A stretch of DNA of 64,000 nucleotides from Tubiluchus corallicola (GCA_030141605.1 JAQGDQ010000468.1:62001-126000), one strand, 5' to 3'. Counted from the first letter of the stretch, positions 41,380 to 52,792 are shown. The notes: generated from the letters alone by a model not told the origin. Translations and numbers: made by a program.

Positions 41380-41423
41380 GACTGGCAGTCAAGAGGTCGT
41401 CGGTTCGATCCCGATCGGCTCCA
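41336..41423 (+). repeat. Perfect 2 x 44-bp tandem repeat of the tRNA-Ala 3' portion
   Basis: gactggcagtcaagaggtcgtcggttcgatcccgatcggctcca at 41336-41379 and 41380-41423. Confidence 0.97.
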
Positions 41424-41432
41424 CATTTAACA

Positions 41433-41466
41433 AAAGAGGGTGTCTGTTTGGACAACCTCTTTCTTT
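41433..41466 (+). terminator. Intrinsic terminator after tRNA-Ala
   Basis: AAAGAGGGTGTC-loop-GACAACCTCTTTCTTT. Confidence 0.75.
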
Positions 41467-41576
41467 ATGCGTATTATATTTCAACCAAAACCCTTACCAA
41501 CCTAAAATACAGGTAATAAATAGTCGCTCAATATACCACTTACTCCTAAAATGTGCCACAAAAAAACACAGAGATA

Positions 41577-41603
41577 CAAAAAATGCCCGACAGCGGGCAT
41601 TTA
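41577..41603 (-). terminator. Intrinsic terminator of pnp
   Basis: AAATGCCCG-ACAG-CGGGCATTT with A-run on the left. Confidence 0.8.
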
Positions 41604-41631
41604 AAATAATAGCAACAAATATATTTATACT

Positions 41632-43812
41632 TTAGTCGCCTGATCCATGTGGAGTTTTACCTCCCTTGTTTCCCCCACCAGGACTCTCCGCCCTTTGAGG
41701 GCGTGGTAGTAGTGCCTTACGCGACAATTTTAATTTGCCGGAACGGGAATCTATATCAAGAAGTTTAACTTCAATCTCTTCACCCTCTTTTACAACATCT
41801 TCAGGCTTTTCAATTCGCTTCCAATCTATCTCAGAAATATGCAAAAGCCCCTCTTTACCAGGTATTATCTCAACAAATGCTCCAAAAGGAACAATTGACT
41901 TTACCTTCCCCTTATATACCTCCCCCACTTCAGGAACGGCAACAATTGCACGTATACGCTCAAGCGCTGCCTCAACAGCGTTTTTGTTGGGAGCACTAAC
42001 CTCTACGTAGCCCAAATCGTCAAGCTCCTCAATAGCTACTGTGGAGCCAGTATCTTCCTGGATTTGCTGGATTATTTTTCCTCCCGGCCCTATAACCGGC
42101 CCAATCATATCCTTAGGTATTGTAATAGTTGTAATGCGTGGAACATTGGGTTTAAAATCCTCACGCGGCTTGTCAATAACCTCCAACATCTTATCAAGGA
42201 TATGCTTACGCCCCTCTTTTGCCTGCTGCAGGGCTTTTGTTAATATATCATATGATAGCCCATCTACCTTTATATCCATTTGGGTTGCTGTAATTCCTTT
42301 TTCTGTTCCGGCAACTTTGAAATCCATATCTCCGAGGTGGTCTTCATCTCCGAGAATATCGGATAAAACTGCAAATTTACCAGAATCCTTATCTGTGATC
42401 AACCCCATAGCGATACCGGAAACCGGCCTTTTCAACTGCGTACCCGAATCCATTAAAGCCATTGTTCCCGCGCATACGGTCGCCATTGACGATGAACCAT
42501 TTGACTCCAGCACATCAGAAACAACACGCACAATATATGGAAAGTTATCGGGAAGCACCTTTTTTAAAGAGCGGTGCGCAAGGTTCCCATGCCCAATCTC
42601 CCTGCGTGAAGTCCCTCTGGGTGTACGAGCATCGCCTACGCAAAACGGGGGAAAGTTGTAATGTAACAAAAAGCGCTCTTTCCCTTGAACAGTTACATTA
42701 TCTATTATTTTTTCATCCATTTTGGTACCGAGCGTAATACTTGTTAATGACTGTGTTTCGCCACGAGTAAAAATAGACGACCCATGTGCTCCCGGCAGGT
42801 AGTCAACTTCTCCCCAAATAGAACGTATATCTGATGCAGAGCGTCCATCAACACGGATACCTTCATCTAAAATCATGCGCCTTATAGCCTCCTTTTCTAC
42901 ATCGTGATAATAGCGGTCTATTAATGCGACATCCACCTCATCCTCTTCCTTGCCTTCACTATACGCCTCCGTGAAATCATCCTTTATTTTGGTTAACGCT
43001 TCGTGCCTCTCCTTCTTGTCTGTTATAATTGAACGGGCAGTATCATACACTTTCTGATAAGTCTCATCCCAAACCTGGCTTTTAAGCTCCTCATCATTCT
43101 CTTCATGGCAATATTCACGCTTTTGGACTTTGAGCGAAGCTGTCATCTCTTCCTGTATCTTACACTGCTCCTTTATTGCTTCATGTGCATATTTTATAGC
43201 TTTAAGTGTTTCTTCTTCAGACACCTCATTCATCTCTCCTTCAACCATCATAATATTGTCGTACGAAGCACCAACTATAATATCAATATCAGAATCGGCA
43301 ATCTGGCTCGCTAATGGATTGATAATAAATTCCCCATTAACACGAGCAACACGAACTTCCGATATTGGACATTCAAATGGAACATCTGATACGGCAATCG
43401 CTGCAGATGCAGCCAATCCTGCCAAACAGTCAGGCATCTCATCTTCACCTGATGATATTAACGCTATCATCACGGCTGTTTCTGCGTGGTAATCTTCCGG
43501 AAACAATGGACGCAATGCTCTGTCGACCAATCGCGCTATCAGAATCTCATCATCGGAAGGGCGCCCTTCTCTCTTTAGAAACCCTCCGGGGAAACGCCCG
43601 GCAGCTGAAAACTTTTCTCTGTAGTCAACTGAAAGTGGCATAAAATCTACGCCTTCCAAAGCCTCGCTTGATGAAACTACTGTTGCTAAAAGCATTGTAT
43701 CACCCATCTTTACTACAACTGAACCATCGGCCTGTTTTGCCAATTTACCGGTTTCAATCGTGATGGTACGACCATTTCCCAGATCTATTGTTTTGGTAAG
43801 AACTTTATACAT
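41632..43812 (-). CDS. pnp: Polyribonucleotide nucleotidyltransferase
   Basis: [44 protein letters not shown] and S1 domains. Confidence 0.98.
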   Translation of the reverse strand: MYKVLTKTIDLGNGRTITIETGKLAKQADGSVVVKMGDTMLLATVVSSSEALEGVDFMPLSVDYREKFSAAGRFPGGFLKREGRPSDDEILIARLVDRALRPLFPEDYHAETAVMIALISSGEDEMPDCLAGLAASAAIAVSDVPFECPISEVRVARVNGEFIINPLASQIADSDIDIIVGASYDNIMMVEGEMNEVSEEETLKAIKYAHEAIKEQCKIQEEMTASLKVQKREYCHEENDEELKSQVWDETYQKVYDTARSIITDKKERHEALTKIKDDFTEAYSEGKEEDEVDVALIDRYYHDVEKEAIRRMILDEGIRVDGRSASDIRSIWGEVDYLPGAHGSSIFTRGETQSLTSITLGTKMDEKIIDNVTVQGKERFLLHYNFPPFCVGDARTPRGTSRREIGHGNLAHRSLKKVLPDNFPYIVRVVSDVLESNGSSSMATVCAGTMALMDSGTQLKRPVSGIAMGLITDKDSGKFAVLSDILGDEDHLGDMDFKVAGTEKGITATQMDIKVDGLSYDILTKALQQAKEGRKHILDKMLEVIDKPREDFKPNVPRITTITIPKDMIGPVIGPGGKIIQQIQEDTGSTVAIEELDDLGYVEVSAPNKNAVEAALERIRAIVAVPEVGEVYKGKVKSIVPFGAFVEIIPGKEGLLHISEIDWKRIEKPEDVVKEGEEIEVKLLDIDSRSGKLKLSRKALLPRPQRAESPGGGNKGGKTPHGSGD

Positions 43813-44061
43813 GAGTTTTTTTGATAAAAATTTTTAAAACAAATTCAAAATACGAAATTGGGTAGGAGTCTCGTATTCTTTAATACTTCCTGCTTGAAAA
43901 AGTTGCAAACAAAAATCACTTTTAAGGCCTGCTTTCAAAAAACTTTAATACCGCTTTGCACTAATAAATGATAACGCTTATTGCCTGCCCTTTGTCAGTT
44001 TTGTTGCGCAAAAAAGACAGCTACTTTTAAGTTGCCTTTAAAAAAGATTGACAACCCTTTT

Positions 44062-44331
44062 CTACTTACGCAGATTCAACTCTTTAATAATAGCACGATA
44101 ACGCTCAATATCTTTACGCTTTAAATAATTAAGCAGTGAGCGACGTTTTCCAACCATTTTAATGAGAGCACGCTGTGTGCTGTAATCTTTTTTGTTGTTT
44201 TTCAGGTGGTTAGTTAGATGACTGATACGAAAAGAGAAAAGTGCAATCTGTCCCTCAGCAGACCCCGTATCTTTATCACTTTTTCCATGTTTTTTAAAAA
44301 ATTCGACTTTCTTTTCAGATGTTAAGTACAT
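44062..44331 (-). CDS. rpsO: 30S ribosomal protein S15
   Basis: MYLTSEKK...DTGSAEGQIAL...LNLRK; true start 44331. Confidence 0.97.
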   Translation of the reverse strand: MYLTSEKKVEFFKKHGKSDKDTGSAEGQIALFSFRISHLTNHLKNNKKDYSTQRALIKMVGKRRSLLNYLKRKDIERYRAIIKELNLRK

Positions 44332-44607
44332 TATAATAAATACAAAATTAAAACTTAATTGATACAATAGTTACTCCGCAGCATAGCCAGACTTTTAATG
44401 ACAACAGTGTAACATTAATTCAAAATCAGGCACAAAGGTAGTCAATTTTATAAAAAAACAAAGCTTTAAGCCATTTGCAGACAAATAGCAGAAATATTAC
44501 TAAAAAAAACCTTTGCAAAGAACATCTTTGCTGCTTAAAGTTCCTATTAAAAATTTTCACTTACATTGAGGATATCATCAAACCTCCCTTCAATTACAAA
44601 CCAGAAT

Positions 44608-44738
44608 ATTCCACTTTGTAAAAACCTCACTTTTACTAAGAATACCTTAAAGGCACTCATTAAATATACCGGCAGATTACAGCTTCTAATCACTCCTTCT
44701 CTCGGCCTGAGGCACTTTCTTGTTTTGCGAAAAATTTC
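44608..44738 (-). repeat. Degenerate copy of the dispersed element
   Basis: Reverse strand gaaatttttcgcaaaacaagaaagtgcctcaggccgagagaagg...tagtaaaagtgaggtttttacaaagtgg. Confidence 0.5.
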
Positions 44739-44874
44739 ATGCTCTATTTGTTCAGAAAAAATATTTTGTCCTGCCAATAATGTTACGGATTAGTTCTTGT
44801 TATTTTGGATATATTATTGCTACATTTGTGTGCTATTTTTAATATGATTTTTTTTCGAAGTTCAACCTTAATAA

Positions 44875-45915
<1,041 letters not shown>

Positions 45916-45942
45916 TATAAAATTTTCAGACATACAAATAAG

Positions 45943-45975
45943 TAAGAGGCTTCCAAGAGGCAGCCTCTTATTATA
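45943..45975 (+). terminator. Terminator hairpin after gap
   Basis: TAAGAGGCTTCC-AAGA-GGCAGCCTCTTA. Confidence 0.7.
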
Positions 45976-46090
45976 TTAAAACGTCTACGCAGCATTACTG
46001 CTCTTTCATGCTCCATCTTGGAGTAGTATATTTGCTTATCTATGCGGATATGTTTATCCTTATTTGGATTGTTTTTCAACTAAATAAGTT

Positions 46091-46227
46091 GAGATCTTTG
46101 CAAAATAAAAAATTATAGCTAAGGAAAAACTCGATGAAAACCGTAATTTACTGATGCAAACTGATAACTTTGTGGAGAGGATTTTGACGAAAATATTAAT
46201 AAGAAAGATGAATTGTACAAAAGCCTC
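46091..46227 (+). repeat. ~140-bp dispersed element copy flanked by 5-bp direct repeats AAGTT
   Basis: aagtt|gagatctttgcaaaa...ccgtaatttactgatgcaaa...gattttgacgaaaatattaataagaaagatgaattgtacaaaagcctc|aagtt. Confidence 0.9.
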
Positions 46228-46345
46228 AAGTTTTATCCTCCTTCTGCTTCTTAGTGCCATTTTTCCGTAGCCTTTGCTCTGCGTAAGGTACTTCCCACAG
46301 AGGGGGAAAAGTATATTTGTTTTATGTTTTTTTGTTTAGAAGTGT

Positions 46346-46876
46346 ATGAATAACAGGAGCTATGCTGTGTGGGATAGTGCTATGACTTATGGCCTGTATA
46401 CAGGCGCGGCTATCATACTGCTACAGATGTTGTACTACTCGATGGGTAATTTCTTTTCCAATACGTTTACTCTTCTCTCGTATCTCGTTATCATTATTGG
46501 GCTAGTTAAGGCAATGAAGAAATTTCAAGCGCAAAATGAAAGCGTGGGTTTATCATACGGAAAAGCATTGAGCTTAGGTATTTCCCAGGTGTTTGTTATC
46601 TCCGTATTGTTGGGTTTATCAACATATATTTTTTGTAAATTTATTGACTCTAATTTGATAAAACAACTTGTCTCTGACACAGAGGAAAAATTAATGGACA
46701 CTATGGATAAAGAGCAGGCTAGGATATTTATAGATATGATAAAGAGTACAATCTCTCCATTTACAATAGCAGCGGGTCATATTTTCTGGACTGCTTTTAT
46801 GGGAGTAGTATTTTCGCTAGTGACTGCTGCATTTATGAAAAAAGCCCCTTTAAACCCTTTTACAGAAGTTGATTAG
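46346..46876 (+). CDS. DUF4199 family membrane protein
   Basis: AMTYGL, LSYGKAL, four TM segments; typical position before a GT2 gene. Confidence 0.8.
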   Translation: MNNRSYAVWDSAMTYGLYTGAAIILLQMLYYSMGNFFSNTFTLLSYLVIIIGLVKAMKKFQAQNESVGLSYGKALSLGISQVFVISVLLGLSTYIFCKFIDSNLIKQLVSDTEEKLMDTMDKEQARIFIDMIKSTISPFTIAAGHIFWTAFMGVVFSLVTAAFMKKAPLNPFTEVD

Positions 46877-46906
46877 AGATTAGAAATAAATTGACAATTT
46901 TAGAAA

Positions 46907-47854
46907 ATGGATATTTCTGTAATTATACCTTTGCTTAACGAGGTAGAGTCATTGCCTGAATTACACAGCTGCATTATGCGTGTAATGGAGGCCAACAAAT
47001 ACACTTATGAAGTTATTTTTGTTGATGATGGTAGCACTGATGATTCGTGGCAGTGGATCGAAGAAGCATCGAAGAAGCATAGTAAGGTGAAAGGCATCAA
47101 ATTTAGGCGGAACTATGGAAAGTCGGCAGCGCTCCATATAGGGTTTGGCGCTTCCCGTGGAGATGTTGTAATTACAATGGACGCTGACCTTCAGGACAAC
47201 CCCTATGAAATACCCGAGTTGTTTAATATGATAGAGAAAGATGGGTATGACCTAGTTTCGGGATGGAAGAAGAAGCGCTATGACCCATTATCGAAAAGGT
47301 TGCCCAGTAAGCTGTATAATAAAGCGGCAGGTATAATAACAGGGATAAAGCTACATGACTTTAATTGTGGGTTGAAGGCGTACAAAAAAGATGTGGTAAA
47401 AAATATTGAAATATATGGTGAAATGCATCGCTATATCCCATATCTTGCTAAACAATCCGGGTTTTTAAAAATAGGGGAAAAGGTTGTTAAACACAGCCCC
47501 CGCAAATATGGCACCACTAAGTTTGGATTAAGCCGTTTTATCTATGGCTACCTTGACCTGATATCGATATTTTTTATCTCCAAGTTTGGGAAACGCCCGA
47601 TGCATCCATTTGGAACATTAGGCTCACTGATGTTTGCAATAGGTTTTATCTCTGCTGCCTGGCTGGGAGTGAATAAAATATATTGTAATGCTAAAGATAT
47701 TGTTGCTGAAAAAGTGACCTTGAGCCCCTATTTTTACCTATCCCTTACATTTATGATTATAGGTACTCAGCTATTTTTGACAGGTTTTATAAGTGAGCTG
47801 ATATCAAGAAACTCCATCGACAGAAACTCTTACAAAATAGATAAAGAGGTGTAG
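46907..47854 (+). CDS. GT2 polyprenol-phosphate glycosyltransferase (ArnC/DPM1-like)
   Basis: VDDGSTD, RRNYGKSAAL, MDADLQD, HDFNCGLKAY, GEMHRYIP, two C-terminal TM. Confidence 0.92.
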   Translation: MDISVIIPLLNEVESLPELHSCIMRVMEANKYTYEVIFVDDGSTDDSWQWIEEASKKHSKVKGIKFRRNYGKSAALHIGFGASRGDVVITMDADLQDNPYEIPELFNMIEKDGYDLVSGWKKKRYDPLSKRLPSKLYNKAAGIITGIKLHDFNCGLKAYKKDVVKNIEIYGEMHRYIPYLAKQSGFLKIGEKVVKHSPRKYGTTKFGLSRFIYGYLDLISIFFISKFGKRPMHPFGTLGSLMFAIGFISAAWLGVNKIYCNAKDIVAEKVTLSPYFYLSLTFMIIGTQLFLTGFISELISRNSIDRNSYKIDKEV

Positions 47855-48076
47855 GTGGAGCCGAAGGACAGTAGGGTTTTGATACAGATATGCTTGATAA
47901 GCTTGAGCTGTTATTCAGGAGTATTACCACAGCCTTTAGACTATATGTGTGTATATGTGGTAAGAAAAATGCTTTGGGACTTGAAATTTTAATATAAAAG
48001 TGATTACTTTGCAAACCATTCAGAATAGTGGGGGTGATTAATAGGACTGAAAATATTTAAGAAAAGAATATTCAAA

Positions 48077-48319
48077 ATGTCAAAAGTTTGTCAGATAACA
48101 GGGAAAAAAGTGATGATGGGAAATAATGTTTCCCACTCAAAGCGCAGAACAAGAAGACGATTTGATGTAAACCTGTTTAAAAAGCGGTTCTATCTGCCTG
48201 AGGACAACCGTTGGATTGACCTGAAAATTTCGGCTGCTGGACTGCGCCTGATAAATAAAAAAGGGCTGAGCACTGCTTTGAAGGATGCTAAAGCAAAGGG
48301 ATATATTGATAAAATTTAA
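48077..48319 (+). CDS. rpmB: 50S ribosomal protein L28
   Basis: [17 protein letters not shown]. Confidence 0.97.
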   Translation: MSKVCQITGKKVMMGNNVSHSKRRTRRRFDVNLFKKRFYLPEDNRWIDLKISAAGLRLINKKGLSTALKDAKAKGYIDKI

Positions 48320-48331
48320 CGGGCTGTTGCA

Positions 48332-48514
48332 ATGGCAAAAAAAGGTAATAGAGTACAGGTAATACTAGAGTGTACAGAGCATAAAAATAGTGGAATGCCT
48401 GGCACATCAAGATATGTAACCACTAAAAATCGCAAAAATACACCAGAGCGTCTGGAGATAAAGAAATATAATCCTATCCTCAGGCGTATGACAATTCACA
48501 AAGAGATAAAATAA
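48332..48514 (+). CDS. rpmG: 50S ribosomal protein L33
   Basis: [24 protein letters not shown]. Confidence 0.97.
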   Translation: MAKKGNRVQVILECTEHKNSGMPGTSRYVTTKNRKNTPERLEIKKYNPILRRMTIHKEIK

Positions 48515-48520
48515 AAAGCT

Positions 48521-48673
48521 ATGGCAAAAAAAGCAGTTGCGTCACTCCAGAAAGGAGGAGGTAAAGGGCACGCTAAAGTGATAAAGATGGTAAAGTCTAA
48601 GAAAACAGGCTCATACTCTTTCATTGAAAATATTGTACCTAATGAGGAAATCAAAAACTACTTCAAGGAGTAG
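48521..48673 (+). CDS. DUF4295 family small protein (50 aa, absent from the ORF track)
   Basis: MAKKAVASLQKGGGKGHAKVIKMVKSKKTGSYSFIE; conserved rpmG-DUF4295-ftsY order. Confidence 0.92.
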   Translation: MAKKAVASLQKGGGKGHAKVIKMVKSKKTGSYSFIENIVPNEEIKNYFKE

Positions 48674-48697
48674 CTAAAGGGTACCTCTTTGAAATAG

Positions 48698-48736
48698 AAA
48701 AAAGCTTTCATCAATGCGTATGATGGAAGCTTTTTT
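48698..48736 (+). terminator. Intrinsic terminator of the rpmB operon
   Basis: AAAAAAGCTTTCATCA-loop-TGATGGAAGCTTTTTT. Confidence 0.85.
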
Positions 48737-48818
48737 GTGACTATAAGACTGAACTGTATGCAGTTGTGGCTATCAGCTCATTTATTGCATCTTTTACTGC
48801 ATTGAAAATAATGATGTT

Positions 48819-49772
48819 ATGGGGCTATTTAATTTTACCGGCAAGAAAAAGGAGACCCTGGACAAAGGGCTCGCAAAAACAAAAGAGAGTGTTTTCAAGA
48901 AGCTTTCAAGGGCCGTTGTCGGAAAGTCAAAAGTTGACAATGAAGTACTAGATAACCTTGAGGAGGTACTTATCACCTCCGATGTTGGAGTTGATACAAC
49001 ACTTAAGATTATAGAGCGCATCGAAAAACGCGTAGCCAAAGAGCGTTACATGGGAGTAGCTGAACTTAATGTGATATTGAAGGAGGAGATTGCTACACTT
49101 CTTGAAGAGAACAAATCTGTTGATGTGTCCAACTTTGACCTTCCTGATAGCGATGAGCCGTATGTTATAATGGTGGTTGGAGTAAATGGAGTGGGCAAGA
49201 CAACTACGATAGGAAAGATTGCTTGGCAATTCAAGCAGGTGGGGAAAAAGGTGATGCTTGGTGCTGCCGATACTTTTAGGGCTGCGGCAGTAGAGCAGCT
49301 TGAAATATGGGCCAGGCGGGTAGATGTTCCTGTTGTAAAGCAGAAAACGGGGTCCGATCCTGCATCAGTTGCTTTTGACACCTTGCAATCGGCTAAAGCC
49401 AATAACACTGACGTTGTTATTATAGATACGGCGGGACGCCTTCATAATAAGGTAAACCTTATGAATGAGCTTTCCAAGATAAAAAATGTGATGAAGAAAG
49501 TTTTTCCAAATGCACCACAAGAGGTACTTCTTGTTCTGGATGGGTCAACAGGGCAAAATGCTTTTGAGCAAGCTAAGCAGTTTACCGAAGCAACGGATGT
49601 TAGCACCATGGCTCTGACTAAGCTGGATGGAACTGCTAAGGGTGGAGTAGTTATAGGTATTTCCGACCAATTTAAGATACCTGTAAAGTATATTGGACTT
49701 GGAGAGGGAGTAGAAGACCTGCAGATTTTTCGCAGAAAAGAGTTTGTAGACTCACTTTTTTCTATAAACTAA
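48819..49772 (+). CDS. ftsY: SRP receptor FtsY
   Basis: GVNGVGKTTTIGK, DTFRAAA, DTAGRL, TKLDGTAKGG. Confidence 0.97.
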   Translation: MGLFNFTGKKKETLDKGLAKTKESVFKKLSRAVVGKSKVDNEVLDNLEEVLITSDVGVDTTLKIIERIEKRVAKERYMGVAELNVILKEEIATLLEENKSVDVSNFDLPDSDEPYVIMVVGVNGVGKTTTIGKIAWQFKQVGKKVMLGAADTFRAAAVEQLEIWARRVDVPVVKQKTGSDPASVAFDTLQSAKANNTDVVIIDTAGRLHNKVNLMNELSKIKNVMKKVFPNAPQEVLLVLDGSTGQNAFEQAKQFTEATDVSTMALTKLDGTAKGGVVIGISDQFKIPVKYIGLGEGVEDLQIFRRKEFVDSLFSIN

Positions 49773-49822
49773 TCTTCTGCTTATTAGATAGCTACAAACC
49801 AAAAACAGTTGCCTTACAAAGT

Positions 49823-49963
49823 GAGGTCTTTGCAAGGCAAAAATCTTTGGTTCAAGTTGGAAAAAACTCAATAAAAAAAACCACAACTTGATAATTTAGG
49901 CGAGGATATCAAAAAAGACTTTGACTAAAATATTAATAAAAAGATGAGTTTTGCAAAAGTCTC
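49823..49963 (+). repeat. ~140-bp dispersed element copy overlapping the rimO start
   Basis: gaggtctttgcaaggcaaaaatctttggttcaagttgg...aatattaataaaaagatgagttttgcaaaagtctc. Confidence 0.92.
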
Positions 49964-51273
49964 AGAAAGCAAAAATAAAGGTTAATGTAGTAACCTTGGG
50001 ATGCTCAAAAAACCTTGTTGATTCTGAGTTGCTGTTAAAGCAGTTTGATGCAAATAGTTTTGAGATTGTTCATGATTTTGACGGCAGGGGTGTAGACATT
50101 GTTGCCATAAATACGTGCGGCTTTATTTCAGAGGCAAAAGAAGAGTCAATTGAAACAATTATGAGCTACGTTGACGCTAAGTCTAAGGGACAGGTTGGTA
50201 AAATATTTGTTTTTGGCTGTTTATCTGCCCGGTATGGAGCAGAGCTTGCAAAAGAAATTTCAGAGATTGACGGGGTCTATGGAAAATTTGAAATAAAGAA
50301 GATGATAGATGAACTGGGAAGCGAATACAAGATGAACTTAAGCAGTCATCGCTATCTCACTACGCCTTCCCACTACGCATATCTGAAAATATCAGAAGGG
50401 TGTAGCCGCAAATGCTCATACTGTGCAATTCCCCGCATAACAGGACTACATGTCTCAAAACCAATCATTAGTTTGGTCGAAGAGGCAAAATTACTAGCCG
50501 ATAAAGGAGTTAAGGAGCTACTGGTGGTCGCTCAGGACTTATCATCCTATGGCCTTGACATTCGCAAAAAGCATATGCTTCCCGATTTGGTAAATAGACT
50601 TGCTGATATTAACAGCTTTGAGTGGATAAAACTACACTACGCGTATCCTGTTGACTTTCCTTATAAGCTGTTGGATGTTATGCGGGAAAGGAATAATGTT
50701 TCAAAATACCTTGATATAGCATTACAACATGTAAGTGACAATATGCTTAGAATGATGAGAAGGAACAGCTCTAAGCAGGAAACTATCAGGCTTTTGAAGC
50801 AAATAAGAGACGAAGTGCCGGGAATACATCTACGCACAGCAATGTTAATTGGGCATCCCGGCGAAACGGAAAAAGATTTTGATGAACTAAAAGAGTTTGT
50901 TCTCAGTGCCAAGTTCGAGCGACTTGGTGTTTTTTCTTATTCCCATGAGGAGGGTACATACGCTGGTGAAAACTACACAGACAGTGTCCCTTACGAGGTG
51001 AAAAAAGAGCGTGCTGACGCTCTTATGGAGATACAGCGACAACTCTCTGCAAAGATAGGTGCAGAAAAAATAGGAGACAGTATGAAGGTTGTGGTGGACA
51101 GAAAAGAGGGAAAGTACTTTGTAGGAAGAACAGAATTTGACTCACCAGAGGTTGATGGAGAAGTATTCATAACATCAGACAAAGAGGAACTAAGTGTAGG
51201 AAACTTTTACGATGTCACAATTACAGATGCCGAAGATTACGACCTGTATGCTTCAGTGAAGAGTGTAAACTAA
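49951..51273 (+). CDS. rimO: Ribosomal protein S12 methylthiotransferase
   Basis: TLGCSKNLVDSE, INTCGFI, EGCSRKCSYC, DSPEVDG, TRAM domain; TTG start. Confidence 0.95.
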   Translation: MQKSQKAKIKVNVVTLGCSKNLVDSELLLKQFDANSFEIVHDFDGRGVDIVAINTCGFISEAKEESIETIMSYVDAKSKGQVGKIFVFGCLSARYGAELAKEISEIDGVYGKFEIKKMIDELGSEYKMNLSSHRYLTTPSHYAYLKISEGCSRKCSYCAIPRITGLHVSKPIISLVEEAKLLADKGVKELLVVAQDLSSYGLDIRKKHMLPDLVNRLADINSFEWIKLHYAYPVDFPYKLLDVMRERNNVSKYLDIALQHVSDNMLRMMRRNSSKQETIRLLKQIRDEVPGIHLRTAMLIGHPGETEKDFDELKEFVLSAKFERLGVFSYSHEEGTYAGENYTDSVPYEVKKERADALMEIQRQLSAKIGAEKIGDSMKVVVDRKEGKYFVGRTEFDSPEVDGEVFITSDKEELSVGNFYDVTITDAEDYDLYASVKSVN

Positions 51274-51286
51274 ACTATGTCTGAAT

Positions 51287-52451
51287 TAGATAATTCGGAT
51301 CATATTGCCCCCCTTTCACCTGCTGATAAGTTCTATTTTAACTGAATTTTTCACTGCCATTACGGCAGATATTGACCCCCTTTAATGCGAGCGGGCATTT
51401 TTATTTCGGATCAAGTTGACCCCCTGACCGGATTTTGCTTTTTTGTTTCGGAGTAAGTTGACCCCTACGTATCATTCTCACAGTTTTGGTTTTTTCGTGG
51501 TTTTTTTAATCACAAAACAAAGTACAGATGTCAGGAAAACCAAAGCGTATGACTCAGGTCAAACAATTAATACAACTTTACAGTCAGGGTATTGAGGACT
51601 TTATTTATGCACTATCCTGTAGTCTGAATGAGATGGGTGGTGTTCCCCTTACCCTTGTACCGGATAACCTGAAATCAGCCATTGTAAAAGCGCACAGATA
51701 CGAGCCTAATGTAACCCAGGCATTGGAAGATTTTGCCAATCACTATGGGACAACAGTAACTCCGGCCCGGGTACGAAAGCCTAAAGTTTGGTTGAGAATC
51801 AGGTTCGTTTGATCTATAGCCGGGTATATGCACGCTTGCGACACCAGACATTTTTTGACTTACAATCTCTGAATAAAGCCATTGCTGAAAAAGTTAAGGA
51901 GCACAATCAAACACGAATGCAACGTAAGGAATACTGTCGTGAAGAGAAGTTCCTTTCCGATGAAAAACATATCCTGAAACCTCTTCCGAAAAACCACTAC
52001 AAGATTAAATACTATAAGGAATTAACCGTAGCGAAAAACAATCACATTTACCTTCATAAGGATAAGCACTATTACAGTGTTCATTACCGCTATATCGGGC
52101 GAAAGGTGAAAGTAATCTATACCCGTTCTATGGTATATATTTACTCCCGGGGAGAACAGATAGCTGTGCATACAAGAAGTTATATCAAAGCAGGATATTC
52201 AACCCGAAAAGAACATCTCTGCTCCGAACATAAACATTACATAAGCAGAGCAGAAGTCCGGAGTATTACCTTTAGGATAAGTATCCTGAACAGCTTCGAT
52301 ACAGCTGTTCAGGACTTTTGAGCCTGGCCAGAAAAAGTGATCCGAATGAATTGGATCAGGCATGATTGTCAGAATTATCTGTTCTTTGACCTTAACTGTG
52401 TAGAGGGGTCAGCATGACCGAGACAGGGGGTCAATATCACCGAAATATCCA
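51287..52451 (+). mobile_element. Internally deleted IS21-family element
   Basis: Imperfect inverted ends TAGATAATTCGGATCATATTGCCCCC / GGGGGTCAATATCACCGAAATATCCA with several subterminal TTGACCCC repeats; istA fragments inside. Confidence 0.85.
51528..52321 (+). pseudogene. istA: IS21 transposase IstA fragments (deletion plus frameshift)
   Basis: MSGKPKRMTQVKQL fused to GGVPLTLVPDNLKSA..FANHYG..PARVRKP; next frame VENQV..HYYSV; istB not recognisable. Confidence 0.88.
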
Positions 52452-52744
52452 ATGGCTTCGACCGAGCCATTTCATATGGGTTTGACAATATGCAGATGCA
52501 AGCTGCACTAACAATCTTTGCAGTCAACCTAAAAAGGATATTGAAACTCTCGTAGGCAAGTGTTATATATTCCTATAAATAAGGGTTTATGAGCATGAAT
52601 TAGACCTATCTTTTGCCCATTTAAGGATTTTCGATTTATCAGCTTTAAAGTAAACAAAGGATGTAACATTTGAGCACTTAGCCCAGCATTACATCCTTAT
52701 ATTTCTAAACTATCCTAAAATATGAAAAGTTTTTCAGTGGCCTC
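52452..52744 (+). mobile_element. IS1182-family remnant (transposase C-terminus and right end)
   Basis: 52454-52555 encodes GFDRAISYGFDNMQMQAALTIFAVNLKRILKLS*; end TTTTTCAGTGGCCTC at 52744. Confidence 0.75.
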
Positions 52745-52792
52745 CGTTTTTTGGGCACCCTCTCTCCTAATTTAGTTGAATAACTAATTCTT

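Noticed and set aside
41321-41635. ORFs with a repeated peptide (GSQEVVGSIPIGS)
   Set aside because: Translation of tRNA-Ala and its duplication
42041-42661. 206-aa antisense ORF
   Set aside because: Shadow of pnp
51287-51470. Spaced TTGACCCC repeats as a mini-CRISPR
   Set aside because: Irregular spacing, degenerate, inverted counterparts at 52404-52451; these are IS21 terminal repeats and there are no cas genes
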